Assembly (NCBI GenBank): GCA_963841915.1
Contig: CAWJEN010000001.1
Location: forward strand, 1 to 64,000
Reading direction: 5' to 3'
Length of the DNA: 64,000 bases
Origin: an uncultured Planctomycetota bacterium
Lineage (GTDB): Bacteria > Planctomycetota > Phycisphaerae > Tepidisphaerales > Tepidisphaeraceae
The stretch's first letter is position 1; each line of letters starts with the position of its first letter. The notes below the pieces were generated by a model. That model saw nothing but the letters and a program-made list of their open reading frames with translations. It did no database searches and was not told the DNA's origin. Shown here in pieces: positions 30,437 to 42,509 of this stretch. A program made the position numbers and the translations under genes.

Positions 30437-31362
30437 ATCACGACCGCCCGTTTTCTGGCATCGTTCCGCCCGTCGTCACGCCGCTGACAACCAGCGCCGC
30501 CTTCGACGCCGACGCCTTTGCAAAGGTCGTCGAGCACCTCGTTACCGCCGGTGTTGACGGCCTATTCGTCCTCGGCACGACCGGCGAAGGACCGGCCGTT
30601 TCTCCCGCGATTCGGCGAGATGTCGTCACGCGTGCCGTTGAGCTGGCGGCGGGGCGGGTGCCGGTGCTGGTCGGCGTAACTGACTCGTCACTCGCCGCCG
30701 TCGTCGACTTGTGCGACTACGCGGGCGAAGCCGGCGCGGCGGCCGTCGTCGTCGCGCCACCGCCGTACTACCCGGTTGCTGGGCCGGAGCTCGTGAGCTA
30801 CTTCCACGCCGTCGCCGATCGCGTGAAGCTGCCGACGGTGGTCTACAACATTCCCTCGCGAACGCAGGCGATCGGGCTCGACGTGGTCAACGAGTTGATG
30901 GGCGTGCCAAGCTTCATCGGGTTCAAGGATAGCGGCGGCGACATGATTTACCTGCACAAAGTCATCGCCTCCCGCGACGCGACGCGGCCCGACTGGTCCG
31001 TCATGGTCGGTCCCGAAGAGTTGCTCGCCGAAGCCGTGCTTATGGGTGCCGACGGCGGTGTTGCCGGGGGAGCGAATTTGTTCCCGGGGCTCTACGTTGC
31101 GCTGTATCAAGCTGCCATTGCGGGCGACTTGCCGCGTGTTCGCAAGTTGCACGGCGTCGTGATTCAACTAGTAACGACGCTCTACGCCAGCGGGCGATTC
31201 GGCTCGTCGTTCATGAAGTCGCTCAAAGCCGCCATGCACGCCGCCGGGCTCTGTGGCCAAACTCCCGCCGAGCCGTATCAGGCGTTCCTTCCCGAAGATC
31301 TCGCTCGCGTCGCCGACGGCTACGCCGGTGCCAAGCGACACGTCGAGGCAGCTTTCGCGTGA
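30433..31362 (+). CDS. DHDPS/N-acetylneuraminate-lyase-family aldolase
   Basis: GTTGE, PPYY, YNIP, Schiff-base Lys in FKDSGG. Confidence 0.88.
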   Translation: MNHDRPFSGIVPPVVTPLTTSAAFDADAFAKVVEHLVTAGVDGLFVLGTTGEGPAVSPAIRRDVVTRAVELAAGRVPVLVGVTDSSLAAVVDLCDYAGEAGAAAVVVAPPPYYPVAGPELVSYFHAVADRVKLPTVVYNIPSRTQAIGLDVVNELMGVPSFIGFKDSGGDMIYLHKVIASRDATRPDWSVMVGPEELLAEAVLMGADGGVAGGANLFPGLYVALYQAAIAGDLPRVRKLHGVVIQLVTTLYASGRFGSSFMKSLKAAMHAAGLCGQTPAEPYQAFLPEDLARVADGYAGAKRHVEAAFA

Positions 31363-32705
31363 TCGGGCCGCCGAACATCCTCTGGATCGTGACCGACCAG
31401 CAGCGGTTCGACTCGCTCGGCTGCTACGGCTCGACCACGGTGCCGACGCCGAATCTTGACCGCCTCGCCGCCGGCGGGACGCGCTTCGACAAATGCTACT
31501 GCACGAACCCGATCTGCACGCCGTCGCGGGCGTCGATGCTGACGGGCCACCATGTCGCTCGCCACGGCGTCCGCGACCTCGACGGCACCCTCGCCGACAA
31601 GCATGTCTTACTGCCCGAGCACCTGCGCCGCCTCGGTTACCACACCGGCCTCGTCGGTAAGCTGCACGTCCAGAGCGGCCACATCGAGAGCAAGCGTCGC
31701 CACCCCAACGATGGATTCGACGTCTACGACTTCTACTACGGCGGCGGGGCGATGATGGACTCGCCGCTGAACGCCTACGCGCCGTGGCTCGAGGCTCGTC
31801 AGCCTCGTGTCTTCCAGCGGCTCCGCGAGCGAGGAAAGGCGGCGGGCGTGATGCCGGCCGACGTGCACATGACGACGTGGGCGGCGGAGCGGACGCTCGA
31901 CTTCATCGATCATCGCCCGCAAGATCGGCCGTTCTTCTGCATGATGAGCGTGTTCGACCCGCACAACCCGTACGACGATCACCCGCCGGAGTACGAGGAG
32001 CGATTGGACAAGATGCCTGTGATGATTCCGCCAGATCGTGATGTACCGGAGGCCATTCTGCGCGAGCGGCACGATAATTACTTCGCCGACTTCGACACGC
32101 TCTCGCCCCAGGATCTGCTCGCGATCCAACGCGGCTACTTCGCGTCAATCGCCCTTATCGATGAGCAAGTCGGCCGCGTCCTCGACCACCTCGACGCGCT
32201 TGACCTAGCGGACAGCACGCTCGTCGTCTTCACAAGCGACCACGGCGACATGCTCGGCGATCACGGCCTGCTCGTCAAAGGCGCAGTGCCTTATGAGGCG
32301 AACATCCACGTCCCGCTCCTCGTCCGCTGGCCCGGCCACGTCGACAGCGGCACCGTGAGTGACGACGTCGTACAGCTCAACGACCTCGCGGCGATATCGC
32401 TGCAAGCAGCCGGCGGCGACATCTCTCTCATGCCCGACGCGATAGACTCACTACGTAGTCGGCGTGAAGTGGCCACCTGCGTTTACCACAACAGCGGCCT
32501 CGCGAAAGGCCATGTGCCGTTCGACCCGCCGATCCAGATGGCCGTTGCAACCGACGGCCGTTGGAAGCTCTGCCGTTACGGAGACGGGCAAGAACTTCTG
32601 TTCGATCTGGCGACAGACCCGACCGAGGGAACGACACGCGATCCGGCAACCTGCTCTACTTATACGAAGCTCGCGGCGAGCATCGCGCCGCTCATACAGA
32701 GCTAG
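31359..32705 (+). CDS. Sulfatase (Cys-type)
   Basis: PNILWIVTDQ, CTPSRAS.LTG, GKLH, PH.P, SDHG. Confidence 0.9.
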   Translation: MIGPPNILWIVTDQQRFDSLGCYGSTTVPTPNLDRLAAGGTRFDKCYCTNPICTPSRASMLTGHHVARHGVRDLDGTLADKHVLLPEHLRRLGYHTGLVGKLHVQSGHIESKRRHPNDGFDVYDFYYGGGAMMDSPLNAYAPWLEARQPRVFQRLRERGKAAGVMPADVHMTTWAAERTLDFIDHRPQDRPFFCMMSVFDPHNPYDDHPPEYEERLDKMPVMIPPDRDVPEAILRERHDNYFADFDTLSPQDLLAIQRGYFASIALIDEQVGRVLDHLDALDLADSTLVVFTSDHGDMLGDHGLLVKGAVPYEANIHVPLLVRWPGHVDSGTVSDDVVQLNDLAAISLQAAGGDISLMPDAIDSLRSRREVATCVYHNSGLAKGHVPFDPPIQMAVATDGRWKLCRYGDGQELLFDLATDPTEGTTRDPATCSTYTKLAASIAPLIQS

Positions 32706-32899
32706 CCGTTCGTCAGTACCAGAACCCATTCGTCCTCCTTCTAAGCCGGACGCGTGCGAATCGGGTCGTTGGTGCAGAAGCGCATGCTACCGCGACGAGA
32801 TGGCGCGATGTCATGTCGGGCAACCATGGTCCCGGTCGCTTTAGCAGGCCGCTGCAGAAGGCTCGCGGGATCGGCTTCTCGGCGATGCTTCGACGTTCA

Positions 32900-33295
32900 T
32901 GCGTGGACGCAATGGCGCGGGTCAGTCAAGCCGCCGGAACCGCCGAGGCCACCGCGGCGTTGAAGCTGATCGACGAACCTCCTCGCCGTGGTGTGAAGGT
33001 GGTCCTTCCCGGCCTCTGCAAGGGGTACGACAGCGGGGCATTCATGATCAAGCTGGAGCAGCATGGCGTGACGCCACACATCGCGATAGATTTCAAGGTC
33101 TTAGATAGGCTAAGCGTCGGCGGGCACGGCCGATGCAGCAAGGCCAACCGCCTCAAGATTGGGGCCCGCCACCGGATGCATCAACGGCTACGTGACGCGG
33201 CGTTCATAGCCGGCCAGCGTGCCCGCAAGAAGATCGAGAAAGGCTTCGGCTGGCATGAAGTGTCAGCTCGGTTTCCGTGGTGGAAGGTGGACTGA
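32900..33295 (+). mobile_element. IS5-family-like transposase remnant
   Basis: GTAE..AAL, KGYD, GVTPHIA, QR.RKKIE..FGW; catalytic acids degenerate. Confidence 0.65.
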
Positions 33296-34031
33296 GCACT
33301 CTTGGAAGCCGCGTCATGCAACGGGATGACGGCGGGTACGTCCTGAGTCTCCTCTATGATGTGGCTGCTCGCCGAGCCGCAGTGGGTCAAGCTACGACTC
33401 TTGCATTTTACGCCAGCGATTCGGTCGTGCCGATTGCAGTCCCGCAAATTCGTGTCCGGCTTTCAGATGTCGATGACGCACGATAGGTGATGGGGCCGGA
33501 TCGGAAACCAACGCAGTGACGAGTTCTCAATGCTGCAGAACGACGCAGTAGAGGGAGGTCGTAACGTTTTTCTGGAACAGCGTCGAATGCGATCTGTAGA
33601 CCGTATCGAAAGAACTCGTGACCCTCTCCTGCCGATCGGTTGCAACTCTGACTTCGTCATTGCCGATGGCGGTAACATGTCGGTCAAGACCGGGACCGGC
33701 TCGTCGTCCACATGCACCCGCCCCTGCTAAACGGCATCACGTACTGCGTCGGTGGCGAGGCCATCTTCAAGGAGCACTTCGGCGACCATGTGCCCTGGAT
33801 GCCGTACGTCGATCCCGTCATTGCGGTGCAGCCCAGCCCGCTGCTCGACGCCCTGACGACAGGTCCGTTGACGCCAAACCACATCGTCTTCTACCGCAGC
33901 GTGCCAACTGCGGATGCGTCGGGCGAGATCCGCGTGATGGATCAGTTTCAGCTGTTGTTTTTCGAGCAGTGGGAGGTCGCGTCGTACCGCCGTAAGGTGA
34001 ACACTAATCGCTAAACCCACTGGAGCATTAC

Positions 34032-35717
34032 TTGCCGAACTACATCAAGCCGACCGTCACCACCCCCTCGCGAGTTGCCTACAAGACGGCGTTGCTCATT
34101 GCCAATGGCGACCTGCGTTCGAGCGCCAACGTCACGTGCTGGCCGGCACAACAAGAGCTTGAAGCCGATGCCATTGAAGCCTTCCAGTCGCTGGGCTGGA
34201 AGCTGCAGCGTGTTCATGGCGAGGCAGATTCACCCGACGGCAAGCACGGCTTCATCGATAGCCAGAAGCGGGGTAACGATGTTTTCGCCGACGTCGATCC
34301 CGATGCGCCGCTCGTCGTCGCCGAGGCTGTTTGGCAGTACAGCCACCACGTTTTGCCGGGCCTGCTGAAGCACCGTGGGCCAATCCTGCTGCTGGCGAAC
34401 TGGTCGGGCCAGTGGCCGGGACTCGTCGGCGCCCTCAACCTCCGAGGGAGCTTGACAAAGGCGGGTCGCGACTACTCGCTGCTTTGGGCTAAGTCGTTCG
34501 AGGAAGCGAGCTTCCGCACCAAGCTCAAGACGTGGCTTGATGCCGGCAGCGTCAGCCATGACGAGTCGCACGTCTCGCCGCTGAGCCAACTTCCGAAGGC
34601 GGAGCAGGAGCTGGGCCAAGCTATCGCCAAGGACCTTCAGGCCAAGCCAGCCATCATGGGCGTCTTCGACGAGGGCTGCATGGGCATGTTCAACGCGATC
34701 ATACCTGACCACCTGCTCAATACGACGGGCGTCTTCAAGGAGCGGCTCAGTCAGAGCGCACTCTACGCTGACATGAAGGAAGTCAGTGATGCCGACGCAA
34801 GAGAGGTCTTTGACTGGTACAAGTCCAGCGGCATCCAGTTCCAGTTCGGCACCGATGAGGCGACCGAGCTGACCGAAAACCAGGTCCTCCAGCAGTGCAA
34901 GATGTACATCGCAGCCTGCCGCATCAGCGACACCTTCGGCTGCGACACCATCGGCATCCAGTACCAGCAGGGTCTCAAGGACCTCGCTCCCGCCAGCGAC
35001 CTCGTCGAAGGCACCCTCAACTGCACCGAGCGCCCGCCTGTCAGGAACAAGAACGGCCAGGTCATCGCCGAGGGTCAGCCGATCCCGCACTTCAATGAAG
35101 TCGATGAGTGTGCCGGCCTCGACGGACTGCTGACGCACCGCGTCTGGACCGCCATGGGCATGCAGAGTGACAACACGCTCCACGACCTGAGATGGGGCGA
35201 TTTCGACCAAAGCGGCACTACCGACGAGTACGTCTGGGTCTTCGAGATCAGCGGTAGCGTCCCGCCGAGCCACTTCGCCGATGGCTGGAAGGGCGCCAGC
35301 AGCGAGCGTCAGCCGCCGATGTACTTCAAGCTCGGCGGCGGGACGATCAAGGGCATCTCCAAGGCCGGCGAGTGCGTCTGGTCACGCATCTATGTGGCGG
35401 GCGACGCATTGCACATGGACATCGGTCGGAGCAAGGCGATCGATCTGCCGCTGAAAGAGACGCAGCGTCGCTGGGACAGCACCACGCCGCAGTGGCCGAT
35501 CATGCACGGTGTCACCTACGGCGTCACGCGCGACCAGATGATGGCCAAGCACCAGGCGAACCACATCCAGCTCGTCTACGCCACCAATGCTGACGCCGCC
35601 GACCGGGCCTTGGCTGCCAAGGCCGCGGTGGCGAAGGCACTGGGTATTCACGTCAATCTTTGCGGCACCAGCAAGGAGGGTACGCCGCTGGCGGAACATT
35701 TGGCGAATCTGCGATAG
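34032..35717 (+). CDS. L-fucose/L-arabinose-isomerase-like protein
   Basis: 561 aa; [47 protein letters not shown] before TTG; family call from memory. Confidence 0.7.
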   Translation: MPNYIKPTVTTPSRVAYKTALLIANGDLRSSANVTCWPAQQELEADAIEAFQSLGWKLQRVHGEADSPDGKHGFIDSQKRGNDVFADVDPDAPLVVAEAVWQYSHHVLPGLLKHRGPILLLANWSGQWPGLVGALNLRGSLTKAGRDYSLLWAKSFEEASFRTKLKTWLDAGSVSHDESHVSPLSQLPKAEQELGQAIAKDLQAKPAIMGVFDEGCMGMFNAIIPDHLLNTTGVFKERLSQSALYADMKEVSDADAREVFDWYKSSGIQFQFGTDEATELTENQVLQQCKMYIAACRISDTFGCDTIGIQYQQGLKDLAPASDLVEGTLNCTERPPVRNKNGQVIAEGQPIPHFNEVDECAGLDGLLTHRVWTAMGMQSDNTLHDLRWGDFDQSGTTDEYVWVFEISGSVPPSHFADGWKGASSERQPPMYFKLGGGTIKGISKAGECVWSRIYVAGDALHMDIGRSKAIDLPLKETQRRWDSTTPQWPIMHGVTYGVTRDQMMAKHQANHIQLVYATNADAADRALAAKAAVAKALGIHVNLCGTSKEGTPLAEHLANLR

Positions 35718-35739
35718 GGGACTTCGCCTTTATCAACGG

Positions 35740-36165
35740 CTTCGCGCTTGCCCTTGCATCAAGCCGAGACCCCGGCACCGCAAGGGCGACCTCAAGGCTC
35801 AGAAGCAGTGGGTCCAAATGCCGCATCTTGTTCGTGGGTCATGTTTCGGCTCCCGCGTGCTCCGGGGCAGGTCTGTTTCAGGACGAGCTGCGGGCGGACC
35901 AGCAGGGGACACTGACGAATATCCGGTGCGAGCGGGGTCGCGGCCGACGGCGGTAAAGCAGACCAAGTGCGGAGGGTGCCACCTCTTCGCGGCGACGTGC
36001 CCAGGGACCCAAATCACCAGCACCTTGCTCGCGCCGACGGTCAACACGCACGACATGAGCCGCCACCTGACGTTCATCGCCGAGGAGGCGCGCGAAAAGG
36101 CGGGGCAAGACGTGCACGTGGTGCTGGTGCTCGACGTGGCGGGTTTGCTAAACATATCCGGATGA
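35740..36165 (+). mobile_element. IS630-family transposase remnant
   Basis: KPRPRHRK.D, FQDE.R..QQGTLT, GSRPTAVKQ, LFAA.CP, P.VNT..M..HL, HVVLVLD.AG across frames. Confidence 0.75.
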
Positions 36166-36236
36166 TCGCCCCGAAATTTAACGAATCGTACTAATGCCCG
36201 TGCTGTTTTGCAGCAGTGACGCCGAATGATCTGCCC

Positions 36237-36569
36237 ATGGTCATCACCCTCTACGTTCCTACGGAGACAGTGCGGCACATCAGCTCAGGTCGCAATCGAG
36301 TTGCCGCCGTCGTTCGGGAGTCGGTCCTCGTCGGGCTTTACCGCGAGGGCACTAGTTCAGACAGTGAGTTTCGACGCGCGCTGAAAATTGACAGGTTCGA
36401 GCTCGACGAGATCCTGCCCGCGCACGGCGTGATGCTCGAGATGACCGCGGACGAGGTTCTTTCGGCAGCCGCTCGCCCCTCGGCGGCCCGCTCTACCGGG
36501 CCTGTGAAGCAGTTCGCACCAGATCACATGCAAAGTGCTCGTCCTCCGCTCAAGGGTAAGAGAAGTTAA
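36237..36569 (+). CDS. UPF0175-family putative antitoxin (possibly degenerate)
   Basis: E....LYREG..S......L..DRFE....L..HGV pattern. Confidence 0.6.
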   Translation: MVITLYVPTETVRHISSGRNRVAAVVRESVLVGLYREGTSSDSEFRRALKIDRFELDEILPAHGVMLEMTADEVLSAAARPSAARSTGPVKQFAPDHMQSARPPLKGKRS

Positions 36570-36571
36570 TC

Positions 36572-37055
36572 GTGGTTGTCGAAGCATTGCCGCTGCACTA
36601 CCTCGTGCTGATCCGTCACGATCGCTGGGTGCTTGAGCGTCTTTACGGGGAAGTTCTTGTACCGCGTCAGGTGCTGGACGAGCTGTCTGCACCGACAGCT
36701 CCGATGACTATTCGGACTCGGGTCGGCGGGCCGCCACCTTGGCTTCGCGTAGTCGAGCGGGACGATCCTTCACCAAGCCTCGGCCTCGACCTTGGCAAGA
36801 CGGCACCGACCTGTCTGGCCCGCGATAGGCACGCCGCGCTCGCTGATCGATGAGCGGGACGGGCGACGCGTCGCCGCCGATCAGTTCCGACTGAGCATCA
36901 TCGGGACGTTGCGCGTACTCGTCAACGCGTCATCGGACGGGTTGATCCGCCTCCCGGGTGCGTTCGCTCTTCTGCAGACGACGGACTGTTACGCTTGCAA
37001 GCCCCTCTACGAGCAGCTTCTCGTCGCCTGTCAATCGCGAGCAGACGAACGATAA
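36572..37055 (+). pseudogene. DUF3368/PIN-like putative toxin, frameshifted
   Basis: PL.YL.LI, L..LYG.V.VP..V..EL, WL.V, LD.G, then shifted LIDERDGR..A....L...GTL. Confidence 0.65.
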
Positions 37056-37516
37056 CTTACTGATCGAGGTGCATAGTTGGTATCAGCGGTATCGTGACTG
37101 GCGAAATTGGGTGACTTAAGGTGATTAGTAGGCATCACCCTTGATCTCCTGCCCGTAACCGCGCGGCACATCCACGCTAGGTGCGATCCTGTTGCCGCCA
37201 TCTTGTGGGAGCCAATACTCGAGGGGCTTTACCGCAAAATGGGCTCATCGGGGTCGCAGCGTTGTCCAGGCTCACCTGTGTCTCGATGTTGAGAAAGATG
37301 AGATTTTAGTAGCAAGAACACCTGCGGCGGAAGCGACGCGAAGGTCGTCAATACCTCGAGCGTCAGTTTCGGCAGCGACTTCTTCGGCCCGGGCACAAGC
37401 CCGCGGCTAAACCGACGACGCCGAGGACATGGCGCAGCTTAAGCTCCTGGTCGACATCGGCGGGGGCAGCGCGAGCACCTCGGCCCGCTACCGGCTGCCG
37501 GGGGGGGAGTGACGCT

Positions 37517-38430
37517 GTGCATGGCCTCGTTCACCTGCCGCCGCTCGCTGCGTTGCGCTTCGGCGACGCCGCCGCGATCTTCGTCTACTCCGCGCTCCCC
37601 GCCGCCTTCGCCGTCTGGTACGGGCGTCGCAACAGGGATTTCGAGGGCTACTTCCTCGGCGGACACGACATGCCCGGCTGGGCGGTCGGGCTGTCGCTCG
37701 TGGGCACGTCGATCAGCTCGATCTCGTTCCTCGTGCTACCCGCCGCCGCGTTCACGCTCGACTGGCGGCTGATCGTGCCCAACTACACGGTCGCGATCGC
37801 GCTGACCGTCGCCGTGATCGTCTTCGTGCCGCTGTTCCGGGCGCTGCCGTACACGACGGCATATGAGGTCGTCATCTAGACGGACGTCGTGCAGACCCTC
37901 GTGCTCTGGCTCGGCGCGATCGTCACGCTCGGCTTCGTCGCCGCCGAAATGCCCGACGGCTGGCTCGGCGGACTCGGGCGCGCGTGGGACGCGGGCAAGC
38001 TCAGCCACGGCGATTTCGACTAAGACGTGGGCCGCCGCCCATTATAATTGCTGCTGCTCGTCGGCATCTTCGACAACGTCGCCAACAACGCCAGCAACCA
38101 GACCGTCGTCCAACGCTTAATCGCCGCGAGCAGCACGCGCGAGGCCCGCAAGGCAGTCTGGATCGCGCTCGCGGCGAGTATGCCGACGTGGATCTTCTTC
38201 TACCTCGTCGAGACGAACCTGTGGGCGCTCTACACCGCGCTGCCCGACCCGTCCCTGGCGACGATGACGCTGGAGGAGGTCGTGCCGTACTTCATCTTGA
38301 ACTACCTACCCGTCGGCGTCACCGGCCTGATGATCGCAGCCGTCATGGCCGCGGCAATACGCTCGCTCGACTCGAGCATCAACGCCGTCTCCACCACCGC
38401 GACCACCGACGTCGTCCGCCGCGAGGTATC
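37517..38430 (+). pseudogene. Sodium:solute symporter pseudogene, paralog of 29639
   Basis: N-terminus closely matches 29639 (GWAVGLSLVGTSISSISFL); TAG in VI*TD; internal deletion; truncated 3' end. Confidence 0.85.
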
Positions 38431-39416
38431 GCGTCTCCGGGCGCGGCGTGGTAGTGGCAGAGCTTCCAACGGCCGTCGGTCGCGACAGTGAGGTGAATCG
38501 GCGGGTCTCGCACGAAATGCCCGGACGCGAGTCCGCTATTGCGGTGGGCATTGATCGCGACGTCTCGTCCGCCCACCTCGCCTCGAATCGCGGGCGTCGG
38601 GTCAATCGCGTCCGGCAGATCCGCCTCGACCCCCGCCGCGGCGAGCAGCATCGCGGTGATGTCATTGAGCTGGACCGGACCCGCGAGTTGACGTCCTGCG
38701 GCCAGCCTGCCGGTCAAGCGGCGCTCGTCGAGCAGCTTGAGGATGAGGCCGACCGTGTCATCGACGTAGGCGACCTTGTCGAGGTAGCCGACCCGCATCC
38801 GCTGCACCTCCTCGGTCGAGAGAACATCAAAGCTGGCGAAGTCGTCGTCATCGCCGTGTCGGCAGATACCCTCTGGCCAAGTCTCGCGCTGCGCCGGCAA
38901 GAGCGGCGGCAGAGCACCAGCATCGACGCGGGCGTCGTACTCCGGCGGGTGATCGTCATACGGGTTGTGCGGGTCGAACAAGCTCACCATCAAGAGGAAC
39001 GGCCGCCGATCTTGATCGTCAAGAAACGGCGCCGCCGTACAAGAGGTCGTACACGTCGAAGCCGTCGTTCGGGTGCCGCTCGCGGGACTCGATGCCGCCG
39101 GACTGCGCGTGTAGCTTGCCGACAAGTCCGGTGCGGTAGCCGGCCTCTTGCAGCCACCGGGGGAACATGACGTGCTTCGCGTCGAGCGTCGACGACCGGT
39201 GCGTCACCCCGTATTGCGGGAGGTCGTGGCCCGTTATGATCGACGCGCGGCTCGGCGTGCAGATCGGGTTGTTGCAGATTTGTGGTCGAGCACCACGCCG
39301 CTAGCCGCCAGCGGGTCGAGGTTCGGCGTCGCGATGGCCGAGTTCCCGTAGCAGCCGAGCGAATCCGCGCGTTGATGGTCCGTCATCAACAGCAGGATGT
39401 TTGGCGGGCGGCTCAA
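38430..39416 (-). pseudogene. Sulfatase pseudogene, paralog of 31359
   Basis: PPNILLLMTD, CNNPICTPSRAS, RHPNDGFDVY, FDPHNPYDDHPPEY in shifting frames. Confidence 0.85.
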
Positions 39417-39840
39417 GTTTGCTCCTCGCAAACACTGACGTCGGTGCATCGGTTTATCGCACCTCCAGGGAGGGAACGTTGCTGATCGGCGAGATGCTGT
39501 GTCGCGCCGAGGCCGCTGCCGTCGTGCATCGAGTAGAGCAGCTTGTGACGGCCGTCGTGGTACATGTGTCGGCTGCCGAGCAGGTCGCAGCGGTCACGGT
39601 CGAGCCGCCAGTTTGCCACGTATTCCGCCTGCCCGTAATTGTTGGTGCGTCGGCCCTTGATGAGCGTCGTCCGCGCCGGGATGCACACGGGGCAGTCGCT
39701 CTACGCCCGTCGAAGCGCACGCCCTCCCGAGCCAGCTGGTCGAGGTGCGGCGTGCGGACGAGCCCGTGGTCCCCGCAGCCCATCGCGTCAGCACGGTGCT
39801 GGTCACTCGTGATAAGGAGGAGGCTGGGCCGCTTCGGCAT
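39413..39840 (-). pseudogene. Sulfatase remnant, paralog of 21331, most of the middle deleted
   Basis: RPSLLLITSDQHRAD and CIPARTTLI joined directly to the C-terminal DGRHKLLY. Confidence 0.8.
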
Positions 39841-39845
39841 GCCCA

Positions 39846-42405
39846 TCATTCCCAGCTCAGCTCATCGCGCATCAGCCCGTAGAGGAAGCCCGGCCCGTCG
39901 CGCTTAATCTGGTCAAGCTCGCCGTCGCCATCGAGATTGGCGGGCTCAACGTTGCACGAGTGTGTCTCGCTGCGGATGATCTCGCCGTCCTTCCAAAGGA
40001 TGCGCCGGGGCCGCTCGAAGACGGGGCGAGTGTCCGTCTCCACGTTCCGACACCAGAAGGCGGCCGACGTCTTCAGCGTGTCGCCGAGGAGCCGCTGGTT
40101 CTCATCCTGCTCGCGGACGACAACGGTGTTGGCCGCAGAGTTGTAGACGATGTCCCACGTGCCGTCGCTGTCCCAGTCGCGGGCGGCGATCTGCTTTCGG
40201 CCACTCATGCCGGCGCGGGCGGAGACGCCCATCGGCTCGCCATCCTCGAAGGCGAGCGGGCGAATCTCGCTGATCTCCGTCGACCCCAACGTCGTCGGCA
40301 CGCCGAGCGTTAGCACGCTGTCGGGCCCAATGTACAGGAGCACCGGCCGATCATCTACGGCAAGTCCGTAGTCACCGGGGAGGGCAATCATTCGGCTGCG
40401 CCACCCGACGGCGAGCTTGCGCCCCGTGGGTGAACACGCTCAAGGTGAGCGTCCTCGCGTCGTCGCCGGCGCGGTCGTGCAGGCACAGCGTCGCAGTGTT
40501 GTCGTTGCCGAGGATTTCGAGTTCGCCGTCGCCGTTCCAGTCGCCGACGGCGGGCACCGTGAGCATGTCCGCCGCGACGACGCCGCCGACCGTCTCCAGC
40601 CCGCCAAGCACTTCGAACTGCCCGATCGTGTCGCCGCTGATCGCGACGGGCCGGCCGTTGCTGCCGGTGTCGGTAAGGATTCTGGGCGTCCCGTCCCCGT
40701 TGAGGTCGTAGACGCCGCGGACGATCGTGAGCAGCAGGTTGGTCATCGGCTGGTCCGAACCGAGCAGCTCTGCCGCCGCGCCGACGACAAGTGCCCCGTC
40801 ATCCCTCACGCCCCTCACAGGCAGCGCGAGCGGCCGGGTGTAGCCGGCGAACAGAGCGACGTGCGCCCGCTTGCGTCCATCGACGCCGACCGCCTCGACG
40901 ACGACGGGCGACAGGCGGATGCTCCAGGTCCGCCACTACACGATGAAGCCGTCATCGCCGAAATAGCCCGGCTTTCGCTCCCCGAGCGTCAGTTGCCCTT
41001 GAGCGTTGCGGGAGCCAAGCATCCAGGTGAGCGAGTGGGTCAGCATTCCGCCGAGCCAGTTGCCGGCGATGTCGTAACCGCGCCAGCCCTCGCTGACGGG
41101 CAGGTCGGCGTGCGGCCCGACGTTGTCGCGGTCCTCCTGCGTCCAAGGCAGTTCGCCGTTCGGCCAGTAAAACTTCTTCTCGTCGCCCTTGATCATCTGG
41201 CCGAGCAACGCGTTGGGAATGTCATGTCAGTCGACGTCGCCGATGAACTTGACGGTGCCGCCGAACCACTCGAGATCCTTTCGCGTCGCCTCACCGTCGC
41301 TGGCGATCAGATCGCAGAGCGTCGCCAGCACCGTAATCGAACCGTCGCTGGACTGATCGCCGACGGCCTGAAGGTGGTCGAGTCGAACGATGTCGTAGCC
41401 GCCGTCGCTTCGTGCAACGGCCTGCAGATTCGCGTTCGGCAGCGGCGACTCGTGCGTCGGGGGCCACAAAGCGGGAGCCGCGGGTTCGGCTCCGGCTCGG
41501 CGGCCGCGCCCGTGCTGGCGGCCTGGTACAGAAACGTGTTGTCGGGCAACCACGGGTGCCGGCTCGACAGCAGCACGTCGGGCGGGCCGTCCACCGTGGG
41601 CAACAGCGAGACGTACGACCAATAGATCGGCAGCGCATTCGAGCCGTGGTCGGCGACGCGCAGATGGCGAAGCGGGCGATAGTTGTGCTCGAACGCCTGC
41701 GGCTCGGGCTCGTCCTCCGACAGCACCGCCTCGGCCGTCGTGCCGACTCCAAGGGTTGTGAACGTCACCTTCAGCGTCTCGTGGTTCCCGGTGCCGAAGT
41801 GGATTTCCGTTGCCGAGCCGCCGTAGTCCCGCTCGGCCGTCATATTCGGCTTGAGGAGGACGGCCGGCACCGCGTCGGAGGAAAAGCCCCAGCCCTCGAG
41901 ACAATTGACGCCGTCGGCGGCGGTGACGAGCCGCGCGATGACGGTGTAGTCGTTGTTGACGCCGAGCGACGGCCCGAACAGAACGTGCTCGACAAGGCCG
42001 AATTCGAACTGGTCCTCCGAGTTGATGCCAAGGTGCATCGGGCGTTTCTTCACCTCCGCGTCGTTGTTGTAGAGCTCAGGGAGGCGTAGTCGGAAGTGCC
42101 GCCGACGCCTTCACGGGCAACCGTGTAGCGGACGAACCACTACCTGTCGGTGGCGAAGTCGATGGGCCGCAGAAGCGGGCGTCGCGCCCAGCCGGCGCCG
42201 ACGAGGGCCGCCTTCTCCTGATCGATCGTCATCCCCTTGCTCGACTTCCAAGCCCCGCCCATCCCGCGTCGGCGTCGGCAAGCTCGCGCGCGAAGTTCGA
42301 CACGGCGGTCACCTCCGCGAACGCCGCGTGGGGCGACGTGGTCACAGCGACGAGGCCAGCCGCGGCCGTGAGTGCAACAAAGTCAGGGCAACGCTTGTGC
42401 TTCAT
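39846..42405 (-). pseudogene. FG-GAP protein pseudogene, paralog of 23984-26755
   Basis: Colinear fragments (PEPQAF.H.YRPLRHL.VAD, YWP.GE.PW, RGYDI.G.WLG, GPGF.YGLMRDEL.W) with stops and frameshifts. Confidence 0.9.
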
Positions 42406-42461
42406 CAAAGCTCCCCCTGGCGAGAGCCGTCACATCCCCAGTCGACGGGAGAACGAATTGC

Positions 42462-42473
42462 CTGGAATACCAG
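42462..42473. promoter_or_regulatory. Candidate GntR operator CTGGAATACCAG
   Basis: About 57 bp upstream of the paralog start, matching the position of 26815 relative to 26755. Confidence 0.6.
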
Positions 42474-42509
42474 ACGTTGTGCGGCCGTATAACTATTTGT
42501 CGCTATCCC

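Noticed and set aside
33296..34014. Short ORF fragments between the IS5 remnant and the isomerase
   Set aside because: Probably a degraded gene, but no family could be recognised
37500..37507. G8 tract as a phase-variation switch
   Set aside because: It precedes a gene already destroyed by stops and deletions, and the tract is short
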